Source of the DNA: an uncultured Planctomycetia bacterium
GTDB taxonomy: Bacteria > Omnitrophota > Gorgyraeia > Duberdicusellales > Duberdicusellaceae
Length of the DNA stretch: 64,000 bases
Assembly (NCBI GenBank): GCA_964634935.1
Contig: CAZWJT010000004.1
Coordinates: 30,915-94,914 of the forward strand
Reading direction: 5' to 3'
The first letter of the stretch is position 1; each line of letters begins with the position of its first letter. The position numbers were made by a program, and so were the translations under genes. Below are positions 1 to 9,111 of this stretch, in pieces. Under the pieces are notes generated by a model. It was given only the letters and a program-made list of their open reading frames with translations. It was not told the DNA's origin and did not search any database.

Positions 1-858
1 GGGAAAACATCCTTAAAAACTCCTGATGAAATCGAACTATGGGGAGGACGATTAAGTTTCCCGGAACAACGCGTAAACACACTTGTCTATAATTCGAAAA
101 TGGTCGCAAAGGTGGATAGTTCTTTGCTGCAAGATGGCTTTCAGCTCTATCACCATAGTTTTTTCTTTTCGAAAAATGGCGCATGGGCAGTCGTGCAGCA
201 GGGCATGAACAAACAGAATAAAACAGCGCGCAGATACCACTGGTACTCGGAAAAAATCACTGATTTAGTCTGTGAACCGCATTCGGGAATCGTAACCCAG
301 CGAAAAACGCCAACCCTCGATTTAACATCCCTGCAAAGCGCAAACACAAGAACAATAAGTACCCAACTGGTTCAGGGAACAGTCTCTTCACTGATGAAAG
401 ATGTAGAAATTATCCGAAAACATTCTTCCGGGCTATCGCAAATGGTCTCAATAAAAACAGGACAGACACAAACTACTGCTTTAACGCTCGCCCACCGAGA
501 GTTTCATTGGCATCCGGTCTTGCACGAAGATTTTTCAAGGAGTAAATACTTAGAAAAAATATTCTCAAAAGTATGCGAACTAAAACCAAAAAACTACGAA
601 CATCTCCTGGCAACAGCGGGGGTCGGACCAAAAACCATGCGCGCGCTCAGTCTAATTGCTGAAGTAATCTATGGAGCTCCTCCTTCCTATAAAGACCCGG
701 CTCGGTATTCCTTTGCCCACGGAGGAAAAGATTCGACTCCATATCCAGTTGATCAAAAAACCTATGACACCTCGATAGAATTTTTCCGCGCAATAGTGTC
801 CAAATCAAAAATCCCGTTCACCGAGAAAGGAAAAATTCTAGCGAGGTTAAGAAAATAA
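1..858 (+). CDS. Conserved hypothetical protein, 5'-truncated by window edge (possibly DUF763-like)
   Basis: The reading frame is open from nt 1 through the listed ORF 100-858 with no upstream stop. The C-terminal motif ...RYSFAHGGKDSTPYPVDQKTYD... is recalled as DUF763-like, but family membership is uncertain. Confidence 0.45.
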   Translation, partial: GKTSLKTPDEIELWGGRLSFPEQRVNTLVYNSKMVAKVDSSLLQDGFQLYHHSFFFSKNGAWAVVQQGMNKQNKTARRYHWYSEKITDLVCEPHSGIVTQRKTPTLDLTSLQSANTRTISTQLVQGTVSSLMKDVEIIRKHSSGLSQMVSIKTGQTQTTALTLAHREFHWHPVLHEDFSRSKYLEKIFSKVCELKPKNYEHLLATAGVGPKTMRALSLIAEVIYGAPPSYKDPARYSFAHGGKDSTPYPVDQKTYDTSIEFFRAIVSKSKIPFTEKGKILARLRK

Positions 859-908
859 TTTGATAAAATGACTTTCCAGTCGCAAAAATTTTTTGTTATA
901 ATGCACTC

Positions 909-1304
909 ATGAATGAATTCTCAATCGAACGGAAAGTGTACTATCATCACACCGATACCGGAGGGGTAGTTTATTATGGACGCTATCTAGAGCTCCTCGA
1001 AGAAAGCCGGGCAGAATTTTGCCTTTCGAAAGGAATCAACCTCCCCGAATATGCGGCGCAGGGTATCTCATTTCCTGTTGTTCATGTCGAAGTTGACTAC
1101 AAAGCTCCTGCGCGCTACGGTGATCTTTTACGCATTACCAGCGCCCCGGAGAAAATCGGCAATGCCTCAATCCATTTTTTCCAAACCATTCAAAAAAATC
1201 ATCTCATCTTGTTGCAAGCAAAAACAGTTTGGGCTTGCATCGATCATTCGTTCAATGCTCGCCCAATACCTGAAGCCATCAAAAACGCTTTGAACGCCAG
1301 GTAA
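909..1304 (+). CDS. Acyl-CoA thioesterase, hotdog fold (YbgC/4HBT family)
   Basis: 131 aa. The start YYHHTDTGGVVYYGRYLELLEESRAEF... is typical of YbgC/FcoT-type hotdog thioesterases (HxxD active-site region). A TATAAT -10 lies 6 nt upstream of the ATG, so the transcript may be leaderless. Confidence 0.8.
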   Translation: MNEFSIERKVYYHHTDTGGVVYYGRYLELLEESRAEFCLSKGINLPEYAAQGISFPVVHVEVDYKAPARYGDLLRITSAPEKIGNASIHFFQTIQKNHLILLQAKTVWACIDHSFNARPIPEAIKNALNAR

Positions 1305-2668
1305 TGCCGCAGGAAAAAATAAAAATTAAACCGAGTAGCATTCCTGATCATTACCGACAGTACGCTCAAAACACCCTTGAAGCAGCGCTCGCTTCGCTTC
1401 CTGCTTACCAGGAATGGCGCCAATCTGACCCTGGTGCGGCATACCCGATTGAGCACCGTTATCAAAATTTACCAATACTCACCAAAAGCGATATCAGAAA
1501 ACACTCTCCATGGGGATTTACACAGAATCCGGATAATCTTGCGGCCAGCCTGGCTCAAGGAAAAATCGAGTTAGTCAAAACAAGTGGAACTACCGATGAA
1601 GCGATCATCAACGTCTGGTATCAGCCTTGGTGGGATGCTTCAGAGCGCGCATCATGGAAACTGAATTCCCATACGAAAAATCTAACCGGTGAACAACCTG
1701 AAGCTATTCTCGCCAGCTCACGAAGCGTTGGAATCTGCTCGCTTAAAAATCCCGTCTCATTTCCCAGACGACGTATTGGACGCTTTCTTTTTCTGAACGA
1801 ATATCCTACCCCGGCATATTGGTCGCTTAAACATATCAAACGCATCGCACGCGAACTGGAAAAATTCCAACCGGTTGTCCTCGAAGCAAATCCTTCCTAT
1901 TTAGCAAAATTCTGCCGCCAAATCCAGAAAACCAAATACCGTTTATTCCAACCACAATATATCATTATTACTTATGAATTTCTCTCAGAGCTCCACCGCA
2001 AAATAATCCAACAGGTATTCTCCGCACCAATTATTAGCTCCTATGGAACAACAGAAACCGGCTATGTGTTCATGGAATGTGAGAGAGGAAGACTCCACCA
2101 AAATACCGAATTTTGCCGGGTTGACTTTCAACCTTTCCAAAGCAGATTCGGCGGTCCCGGCCGAGGACGAATCCTGGTAACAACATTCCATAATCCCTGG
2201 TCAACGCTTCTACGATTTGACGTGGGTGATGTGGTATGCCTTGCAGAAAAAGAATGCCCTTGCGGCAGAATGCATGGTTTTACCCTCGACACTATTGAAG
2301 GAAGAATCAAATCTTGTACTTTTGCAACAAACGGAATGCTCATTACCACTCATACGCTTGATACATCGTTAAGCCAGCTTCCGGAAATCATAGAATACCA
2401 ACTCGAACAAACCACACAAAAATCTTATATTCTGAGGCTGATAACCTCCGGAAAGAACAAAAGATCGCTTGCCAATGCCGCATGCGATATCTTGCAAAGA
2501 ATATACGGCAAGGATGCGCAAATAGAAATTCAATATCCAAAAACAATAGCGCCAAGCCCATCAGGAAAATACGAACTTACCAGGAGAAATTTTTCTTTCG
2601 ACACCGAAACACTCATCGAGCAAGAGTACCTCAACCGATGGAAAACTCAAAGCAACATTCAGCTGTGA
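1304..2668 (+). CDS. Adenylate-forming enzyme, phenylacetate-CoA ligase / coenzyme F390 synthetase (CapK/PaaK-like) family
   Basis: 454 aa. It has the KTSGTTDEAI P-loop-like adenylation motif and SSYGTTETGYV (YGxTE) motif characteristic of the PaaK/CapK subfamily of ANL adenylating enzymes. Its start codon overlaps the stop of the thioesterase (ATGCC at 1304). Confidence 0.8.
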   Translation: MPQEKIKIKPSSIPDHYRQYAQNTLEAALASLPAYQEWRQSDPGAAYPIEHRYQNLPILTKSDIRKHSPWGFTQNPDNLAASLAQGKIELVKTSGTTDEAIINVWYQPWWDASERASWKLNSHTKNLTGEQPEAILASSRSVGICSLKNPVSFPRRRIGRFLFLNEYPTPAYWSLKHIKRIARELEKFQPVVLEANPSYLAKFCRQIQKTKYRLFQPQYIIITYEFLSELHRKIIQQVFSAPIISSYGTTETGYVFMECERGRLHQNTEFCRVDFQPFQSRFGGPGRGRILVTTFHNPWSTLLRFDVGDVVCLAEKECPCGRMHGFTLDTIEGRIKSCTFATNGMLITTHTLDTSLSQLPEIIEYQLEQTTQKSYILRLITSGKNKRSLANAACDILQRIYGKDAQIEIQYPKTIAPSPSGKYELTRRNFSFDTETLIEQEYLNRWKTQSNIQL

Positions 2669-3384
2669 GCATCGTAGAAAAAAATCCAGTCTACCTGCTT
2701 GCAGGCGGAAATAGTTCAAGGAAAAAAACAGAATCCTTAATTCGTTTTACGTTACATCGCATGACCAAAAAGAACAACCCCCGAATCGCTTACATCGGAA
2801 CAGCAAGCAAAGACAATCAAGTTTTTTTAAAAAACATGAGTGAATTTTTTCGCAAAACTGCTTCAGCCACCACTCAACTTGTTCCTCTTTCTCAAAAGAA
2901 CGATTCAACGCAACGCGCAAAAGAAATCTTAAGCGACACGGACATCATTTTTCTAGGCGGGGGAGACGTGGAAGCGGGAATACAAGTACTCAACGAGAGG
3001 CGCCTTGATGTTTTTCTCCGAAAACTCCATAAACAGGGAATGCCTTTTTTGGGGATTTCTGCCGGAAGTATCATGCTCTGCAAGGAATGGGTTCATTGGA
3101 ATAATCGTTCTTTGGGTAAAACGGTACACCTTTTTCCCTGCCTTGGTATCGTTGATATACTCTGCGATACACATGATGAAAATGCCGATTGGGAAGAATT
3201 GAAAAGCGCGCTTATGCTCGAAAAGAATGGAAAATGCGGGTACGGCATCCCTGCTGACGCAGCCATCTGTGCAGAAAAGAATAAAATCGTAGCCTTCGGA
3301 AGAAATGTTTTCTGTTTCCAGAGGCATGGAGAATCCATAAAAAGACTTCCGGATATACCGGCACAAATTATTTCCACGCTATAA
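2638..3384 (+). CDS. Peptidase S51 family (dipeptidase E / cyanophycinase-like) protein
   Basis: The start was moved to the in-frame ATG at 2638; the listed ORF 2482-3384 overlaps the upstream gene too far. The IAYIGTASKD...IIFLGGGDVE...GISAGS nucleophile-elbow motifs match S51 peptidases (type-1 glutamine amidotransferase-like fold). Confidence 0.7.
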   Translation: MENSKQHSAVSIVEKNPVYLLAGGNSSRKKTESLIRFTLHRMTKKNNPRIAYIGTASKDNQVFLKNMSEFFRKTASATTQLVPLSQKNDSTQRAKEILSDTDIIFLGGGDVEAGIQVLNERRLDVFLRKLHKQGMPFLGISAGSIMLCKEWVHWNNRSLGKTVHLFPCLGIVDILCDTHDENADWEELKSALMLEKNGKCGYGIPADAAICAEKNKIVAFGRNVFCFQRHGESIKRLPDIPAQIISTL

Positions 3385-3423
3385 ACAAACTGGCTGATTT
3401 TTGATATTAGTTTTTTGAAAATA

Positions 3424-3432
3424 TGCTATAAT
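3424..3432 (+). promoter_or_regulatory. Extended -10 promoter element (TGcTATAAT)
   Basis: The sequence aTGcTATAAT lies at 3424-3432. The ORF-finder start ATG 3431 sits inside this -10, so the true start is the SD-preceded ATG at 3470 (aaaggaaaaaaatATG). Confidence 0.4.
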
Positions 3433-3469
3433 GGCATTGTTTCTCGTTTACCTACGAAAGGAAAAAAAT

Positions 3470-5647
3470 ATGATGATTCTATTTTATAGCGTCAGCTTTC
3501 TTGCCGCATTCCTCTTATTCCAGATTGAGCTCATCGTCGCAAAAATGCTGCTTCCTACATTCGGGGGGAGCTACATGGTTTGGGGCGGATGCATGGTCTT
3601 CTTCCAATGCCTTCTCTTTTTAGGATATGCCGCGGCATCGTATATTATCAAAAATTTTCCCGCAAAAAAATACAGATATGTCCTGTTGATTCTGCTGCTC
3701 TTACCACTCTGTTCCTTTCCTGGAAGAAATTTAACATTCTTTCCGGCATTGTCAAATTTACCGCTGATGGCTGACATCTTTTGGCAGCTTTTCCTGAATA
3801 TCGGACTTGTTTTTTTCGCGCTCTCTACAATAAGTGTCCTTTTACAATCCTGGCTCAGCGATTCAAAACTCCCTCAAAAAACAAATCCATACGCCCTCTA
3901 CAGTATCTCAAATCTTGGATCTTTTGCCGGACTTCTTTCTTATCCCTTTATCTTTGAAGTATATTTTAGCATTCCAGAGCAACTCACGATCTGGAAAATA
4001 GCATACACATTCCTTCTTGCAACCTATGCACTCATGCTCTTTAAAATTCCTCTTACTGAAACCCGCGAAATCACCCAAAGCACCGAGCACAAAAAAACAA
4101 CACTGCAGGAATATACCGTGTGGTTTCTGTTCAGTTGTGCCGCCAATATACTTTTTCTGGCAACCACAAACATCATCACATATGAAATAACCCCTATACC
4201 ACTCTTATGGATTATCCCCTTAAGTATTTATCTCGTTTCTTTTGTGCTGAACTTCAAGAAAAATCCCTGGTATCCAGCTTGGCTGGAAAAGCTCTTCTTG
4301 CCGGCAATCACATTCGGCAGCCTATGGTTCTTTCTGTCAACCCGAAAATATCTTCCGTTCCTCATCGAAGGTATGCTGTATCTTCTCACCTTGTTTGTCC
4401 TTTGCATGTTTTGCCAGCGGCAGCTGTTTAAATCAAGACCGGAATCGGCGCGTTTGGGAAATTTCTATCTGGCGCTTGCCGGAGGAGGATTGTGCGGCAG
4501 TATCTTCGTCAGCTGGATAAGCCCGCTTTTGTTCACTACAACCATCGAATACTTCATAGGACTTTTAGTATTATCCCTGCCGTTTCTCTTTCATGGAAAA
4601 AGACTTCCGATAGGCGCGGTAAACCTTCGTCTTATTATTTACCTTATTGTTACAGTCGTTTTTTGGCCGGTATTCTTTGAACGCTACAATTTTCCAGCGC
4701 TCTGCGCTATTGCTATCATTTTCTTTCTTGCCTATAGACAGCTCATACAAAATAAAGCCGCCCTATTTCTCAGCTTGCTTTCGCTCTTGTGCATAGCCAT
4801 GTTTGCTCAGCAAATTTGGACATCTCGGCTCATCTTCAGCTATCGAAATTACTATGGTATTTACACGATAACCCACGATAAAAATGGCGTGCTGTGGCTG
4901 AAAAATGGAACGACACTGCATGGAGCCCAATTCATCAATCCTGCTTTACAAGGAAAACCGCTCAGTTATTTCTCAATTTTGTCACCGGTTGGTGAAATTC
5001 TGAAACACCCAGATTTTCTCGCAGGGCACGTGGGTATTGTTGGACTAGGAACTGGAACGCTTGCGACATACGCAAAATCCGGACAAACATTTGACTTCTT
5101 TGAACTTGACCCTCAAGTTTTTACGATTGCTGACACTCTCTTCTCGTATCTGAAAAACTCCCAGGGAACAATAAATATGTTTTTTGGCGATGCTCGCGTC
5201 TCGATGAAAAAGATACCGGATCATTCGTATAAAATCTTAATTATTGATGCCTTTGGAGGAGATTCGGTGCCAGTCCACCTTTTAACTACCCAGGCTCTCT
5301 TAGAATACAAGCGCATCCTTACGAACGACGGTATCATCTTATTCCATATTTCGAACCGTTATTTTACCCTAGACCCTGTCCTGGCACAGAACGCCCAAGC
5401 AGTACAAGCACACACCCTACTTAAAGTACACATGATGCAGCATCCAATCATTCTCTCTTCAATCTGGGTAGCTCTCACCTGGGATTCGGCCATCCAAGAA
5501 AAATTGACTTCTTTACTTTTCTGGGAGACCCTTCTGCCAACAGGCCAGGTCCGCAACACCACTGATACATATTCAACTTTACTTTCTGTTATAAAACTTG
5601 ATTCTATCTTCAAGAAGCTGAAAGATTTCAAGCTCTTCTACTGGTAA
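3470..5647 (+). CDS. Fused membrane (MFS-like, ~12 TM) / spermidine-synthase-like (polyamine aminopropyltransferase fold) protein
   Basis: The N-terminal ~500 aa are highly hydrophobic and multi-pass. The C-terminus ...GIVGLGTGTLATY...FFELDPQVF...IIDAFGGDSVPVHLLT...DGIILFH matches the spermidine synthase / class I methyltransferase fold. The domain architecture matches fused spermidine-synthase/MFS proteins. Confidence 0.7.
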   Translation: MMILFYSVSFLAAFLLFQIELIVAKMLLPTFGGSYMVWGGCMVFFQCLLFLGYAAASYIIKNFPAKKYRYVLLILLLLPLCSFPGRNLTFFPALSNLPLMADIFWQLFLNIGLVFFALSTISVLLQSWLSDSKLPQKTNPYALYSISNLGSFAGLLSYPFIFEVYFSIPEQLTIWKIAYTFLLATYALMLFKIPLTETREITQSTEHKKTTLQEYTVWFLFSCAANILFLATTNIITYEITPIPLLWIIPLSIYLVSFVLNFKKNPWYPAWLEKLFLPAITFGSLWFFLSTRKYLPFLIEGMLYLLTLFVLCMFCQRQLFKSRPESARLGNFYLALAGGGLCGSIFVSWISPLLFTTTIEYFIGLLVLSLPFLFHGKRLPIGAVNLRLIIYLIVTVVFWPVFFERYNFPALCAIAIIFFLAYRQLIQNKAALFLSLLSLLCIAMFAQQIWTSRLIFSYRNYYGIYTITHDKNGVLWLKNGTTLHGAQFINPALQGKPLSYFSILSPVGEILKHPDFLAGHVGIVGLGTGTLATYAKSGQTFDFFELDPQVFTIADTLFSYLKNSQGTINMFFGDARVSMKKIPDHSYKILIIDAFGGDSVPVHLLTTQALLEYKRILTNDGIILFHISNRYFTLDPVLAQNAQAVQAHTLLKVHMMQHPIILSSIWVALTWDSAIQEKLTSLLFWETLLPTGQVRNTTDTYSTLLSVIKLDSIFKKLKDFKLFYW

Positions 5648-5651
5648 AACC

Positions 5652-7565
5652 ATGACAATCGCAGAAAGCATATTGATACTTGTATGCTTTTTTGTTCTCT
5701 GTGGATTTCTCTGTCCATCATGCGCGGCACAAAATGAAGCAGTTCAAATTATCCCAATCAAAGTTTTATTTGGCAACCCTGACCGAGTAAACCCGAAAAT
5801 TTCACCTGATGGAGAATTTATCGCTTTCCTAGCCCCGGAGCAAAATGTGCTCAACATTTGGCTGCGCGATCAAAAAACAAAAGAAGAATACCCAATTACT
5901 CACGATAGCGGCCGTGGAATACACTATTATTTTTGGAGCTATACCGGAAAAACAATCTTTTTCCTCCAGGATACCGATGGGGATGAAAACTGGCTCCTCA
6001 AAAAGATCGACGTCGACAATAAAACAACAACAAATCTTACTCCTTTACCCGGGGTTCAAGTCAGGGTTATTGAGTACAACAAAGAACGTCCCAATGAAAT
6101 GCTCTTGGCGATCAACCATAAAAACCCTAAACTTCACGATGCATACCACCTCGATACCCAAAACGGAAAACTCACTCTCGTTGAAGAAAACCCGGGTAAT
6201 GTTTCCGAATGGATCGCCGACACAACATTAACTATCCGTGCCGTCCAAACAAATCTCAATAACGGAGACGAAGAACTGCGCGTTAAAGACCAAACGACAC
6301 AGGAATGGAAAACGCTTCTTACTTGGAACTTCGAGGACGCGATGAATTCCGGACAAGTAATGTTTTCTCAAGACGGAACCGAACTCTATTTTTTAGACAG
6401 TAGAAACTTCAATACCAATCGTCTATGTGTCTTAAATCTCAAGACCTCCAATTTTACTATTCTTGCCCAGGATGAACAGTATGACATAACATCCTACCTT
6501 GTCCATCCAGATACCTACAAAATTCAAGCGGTCTCTTTTCTGCGCGATCGCCTAGATTGGAAAATCATTGACCCAAAATTAAAAAAAGATTTTGGAATGC
6601 TCCGAAGCATCAAAGGAGATATAAATATCACCAGCCGTACGAATGATGACACAAAATGGGTAATCGGATTTTCTGCCGACACTGGCCCTATTTCCTATTA
6701 TCTCTTTGACCGGAGCGCTAAAAAAATAACTTTTTTGTTTGACCATAAACCAAAACTGAGAAACTACAATCTCGCCCCGATGAAACCAATCACCCTTACA
6801 TCTCGGGACGGATTAACACTCCATGGATATATCACCTATCCCCTGGGTAAAAAAGAACAAAACTTGCCGGTTGTCCTTAATGTGCACGGAGGACCTTGGG
6901 CGCGCGACACCTGGGGGTATGATCCAGAAGCACAGTGGCTCGCCAATAGAGGATACGCCTGCCTCCAGATAAATTTCCGCGGATCCAGCGGCTACGGAAA
7001 AACTTTCTTGAATGCCGGGAACAAGGAATGGGGAAATGCAATGCACAATGACTTAGTCGATGCTGTGCATTGGGCAATTCAACGCGGTATTGCTGATCCA
7101 AAACGCATTGCGATTTATGGAGGTTCTTACGGAGGATATGCGGCGCTCGTTGGAGCATCGTTTACTCCCGATCTTTTTTCCTGTGCTGTTGATATTGTTG
7201 GTCCAAGTAATTTAATTACGTTTATCAACTCGATTCCTCCATACTGGCATACTTTTCTTGCCACAATGCACAAACGGGTTGGCAATCCTGACACCGAAGC
7301 AGAGTTCCTCAGGTCACGCTCGCCGCTTTTTAAAGTTGATCAAATAAAAATTCCTCTATTTGTTGCCCAGGGGGCAAACGATCCCCGGGTGAACAAAGCT
7401 GAATCTGAACAAATTATCCACGCACTCCAAAAGAAAAATATCCCCTATGAATACCTTTTATTTCCCGATGAAGGGCATGGTTTTGTAAAACCAGAAAACC
7501 GGGAGAAATTCTACCAGCAAGCTGAAAAATTCCTTGCCCGTTGTTTAGGGGGACATTCAGAGTAG
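5652..7565 (+). CDS. S9 family serine peptidase (prolyl oligopeptidase / acylaminoacyl-peptidase-like), secreted
   Basis: 637 aa with an N-terminal signal-like hydrophobic segment and a beta-propeller region. The C-terminal alpha/beta hydrolase has GGSYGGY (GxSxGG nucleophile), followed by PLFVAQGANDPRV and DEGHGF catalytic Asp/His regions. Confidence 0.85.
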   Translation: MTIAESILILVCFFVLCGFLCPSCAAQNEAVQIIPIKVLFGNPDRVNPKISPDGEFIAFLAPEQNVLNIWLRDQKTKEEYPITHDSGRGIHYYFWSYTGKTIFFLQDTDGDENWLLKKIDVDNKTTTNLTPLPGVQVRVIEYNKERPNEMLLAINHKNPKLHDAYHLDTQNGKLTLVEENPGNVSEWIADTTLTIRAVQTNLNNGDEELRVKDQTTQEWKTLLTWNFEDAMNSGQVMFSQDGTELYFLDSRNFNTNRLCVLNLKTSNFTILAQDEQYDITSYLVHPDTYKIQAVSFLRDRLDWKIIDPKLKKDFGMLRSIKGDINITSRTNDDTKWVIGFSADTGPISYYLFDRSAKKITFLFDHKPKLRNYNLAPMKPITLTSRDGLTLHGYITYPLGKKEQNLPVVLNVHGGPWARDTWGYDPEAQWLANRGYACLQINFRGSSGYGKTFLNAGNKEWGNAMHNDLVDAVHWAIQRGIADPKRIAIYGGSYGGYAALVGASFTPDLFSCAVDIVGPSNLITFINSIPPYWHTFLATMHKRVGNPDTEAEFLRSRSPLFKVDQIKIPLFVAQGANDPRVNKAESEQIIHALQKKNIPYEYLLFPDEGHGFVKPENREKFYQQAEKFLARCLGGHSE

Positions 7566-7586
7566 AGAAGCCCGAAAGGAGGAAAC

Positions 7587-7787
7587 ATGGAAATATCTTT
7601 GCGGAATGTGTCGATCTTTAAGATTCGTAACCGCAGGGGGTATGCATGCACGTGCCTCAACTGCCTTACTGAAGGAAAAACTCCATATGAAGCTTATCTT
7701 CGCATGCGTAAGGCAATAAAACGAAATAAAGGAGAACTGCGCGAGCTCTCGATTGAACAAACACGAAAAATTCTCAGGAAGCGCTGA
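7587..7787 (+). CDS. Small basic Cys-containing protein (66 aa), unknown function
   Basis: A consensus Shine-Dalgarno AAGGAGG lies 4-5 nt upstream of the ATG at 7587. The product is very K/R-rich with a YACTCLNC motif. It sits in the 250-nt gap between the convergent S9 peptidase and the minus-strand radical SAM gene. Confidence 0.35.
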   Translation: MEISLRNVSIFKIRNRRGYACTCLNCLTEGKTPYEAYLRMRKAIKRNKGELRELSIEQTRKILRKR

Positions 7788-7818
7788 TGCAATCCAATCT
7801 CGATTCGCAAAACCAGCC

Positions 7819-9111
7819 TTAAGAAAAGAGCGATCGCTTCAGAAATTGAAAAAGATAAGGAAGGCGCAGGTAATAACCAAGAAGGGCGGCGTTTTGGATC
7901 TGTTTGAGCCGAGCAGCGGTTACAAAAGGATGTTGGAAAACTGGATGAAAATTATCAAAATCTTCCCAGCGTTGAGTGATGAGCGTGCTTTTCATCTGCT
8001 CATAGAAAGCTGTCCCCGGTAAAGGAGTACAGAGCGTAAAATTGGCAAAATCTGTATTCAGAATTTGCGCATACTTTACCGTCTGTTGCATGGTTTCTTC
8101 AGTATCCTCGGGCAGACCTAAAATATAGAACGCAGCGATCCGGATGCCTTTTTTCCGGCAGTAATCAACCATTCTTTTTTCGTGTTCGCGTCCGCTTGTC
8201 GCCCTCCCTAAACGCGAAAGTCCATTGCGGTTTACTGATTCAATACCAACCTTAATGAGACGTAAGCCTGATGCATAGAGATTCTCTAGAAGTTGCTCAT
8301 CAAGGCTGTCGATTTTCGTCTCACAGCCCCAGTGAATATGGATATTGCGCCGGAGCAATTCTTCGGAAAGACATTCACTTTTCACTCTATTCAGTGAGAA
8401 GAATGGGTCGCGAAACATGAGACCCTTTGCCTTATAGCGCTCAACCAAATATTCAACCTCATCGGCTACGCGCAGAGGATCACGCTGGCGATATAAACCA
8501 AACACCTTATAAGGGCAGTAGGAACACCCTAGGGGACAACCACGGCTAGCCGAGAGAAACAAAAAAGGATGCTTAGGAATCATTGCTCCGTAGCGGAATT
8601 TTTTATACGGAAAAACACTCCAATCAGGAAAAGGGAGTATATCCAGATCTTGCACGGGTAAACTCTGGATTATCCCTTGGGGGATCTCTCCATCAACGAG
8701 CGCATTCAGGGCACTTTCCGGCTCACCCACAATTAAAAAATCATAAAGACCGGAAAAAAGTTCAGGACAAACTGACGCAAATGGACCAAAAATACCAATT
8801 TTCACTTTTGTATCGCGAAGCTTCTTTAAGAAATCAATCTCCTTGGAAAATCTGATTGGACTTACCTGCAGAAGCACAAGATCACAACCAGCAGGAACTG
8901 CATTTTCACTATAGAAAACCGTGTGGCCATTCTTTTTTAAAAGTGCCGCCGCATAACCGTAGGAAAGAAGTGGAAAATATTCAAGCTTGGCCCGTAAGAA
9001 GGCAAAAATCCGCGCCCAAAAAGAAACACCAATATTCCAAGTAGTCCCAAAACCTCCGTTATAGTCCTTATTATCTCCGGAATTAAAAATATGGACTAGA
9101 CCGACTTTCAT
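7819..9111 (-). CDS. B12-binding domain radical SAM protein (class B radical SAM)
   Basis: 430 aa with an N-terminal Rossmann-like B12-binding region and a SASRGCPLGCSYCPY CX3CX2C motif. GLxxIxxGxES-like radical SAM core motifs are present. Confidence 0.85.
   Translation of the reverse strand: MKVGLVHIFNSGDNKDYNGGFGTTWNIGVSFWARIFAFLRAKLEYFPLLSYGYAAALLKKNGHTVFYSENAVPAGCDLVLLQVSPIRFSKEIDFLKKLRDTKVKIGIFGPFASVCPELFSGLYDFLIVGEPESALNALVDGEIPQGIIQSLPVQDLDILPFPDWSVFPYKKFRYGAMIPKHPFLFLSASRGCPLGCSYCPYKVFGLYRQRDPLRVADEVEYLVERYKAKGLMFRDPFFSLNRVKSECLSEELLRRNIHIHWGCETKIDSLDEQLLENLYASGLRLIKVGIESVNRNGLSRLGRATSGREHEKRMVDYCRKKGIRIAAFYILGLPEDTEETMQQTVKYAQILNTDFANFTLCTPLPGTAFYEQMKSTLITQRWEDFDNFHPVFQHPFVTAARLKQIQNAALLGYYLRLPYLFQFLKRSLFS

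Noticed and set aside
2482-2637. A 5' extension of the S51 peptidase ORF overlapping the ligase gene by 187 nt
   Set aside because: It runs in a different frame over the well-supported ligase C-terminus. An internal Met at 2638 gives a normal short overlap.
3431-3469. ORF-track start of the membrane/spermidine-synthase gene at 3431
   Set aside because: The ATG overlaps the extended -10 element (TGcTATAAT). The downstream ATG at 3470 has a purine-rich SD.
5845-6231. A 128-aa ORF nested in another frame inside the S9 peptidase gene
   Set aside because: It is fully contained in a strongly supported CDS, with no motifs. It is a typical spurious alternative-frame ORF.
7753-8022. An 89-aa plus-strand ORF overlapping the 3' end of the minus-strand B12-radical-SAM
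   Set aside because: It is antisense to a well-supported CDS over most of its length and has no SD. It is probably noise, unlike the upstream 7587-7787 ORF, which has a perfect SD.
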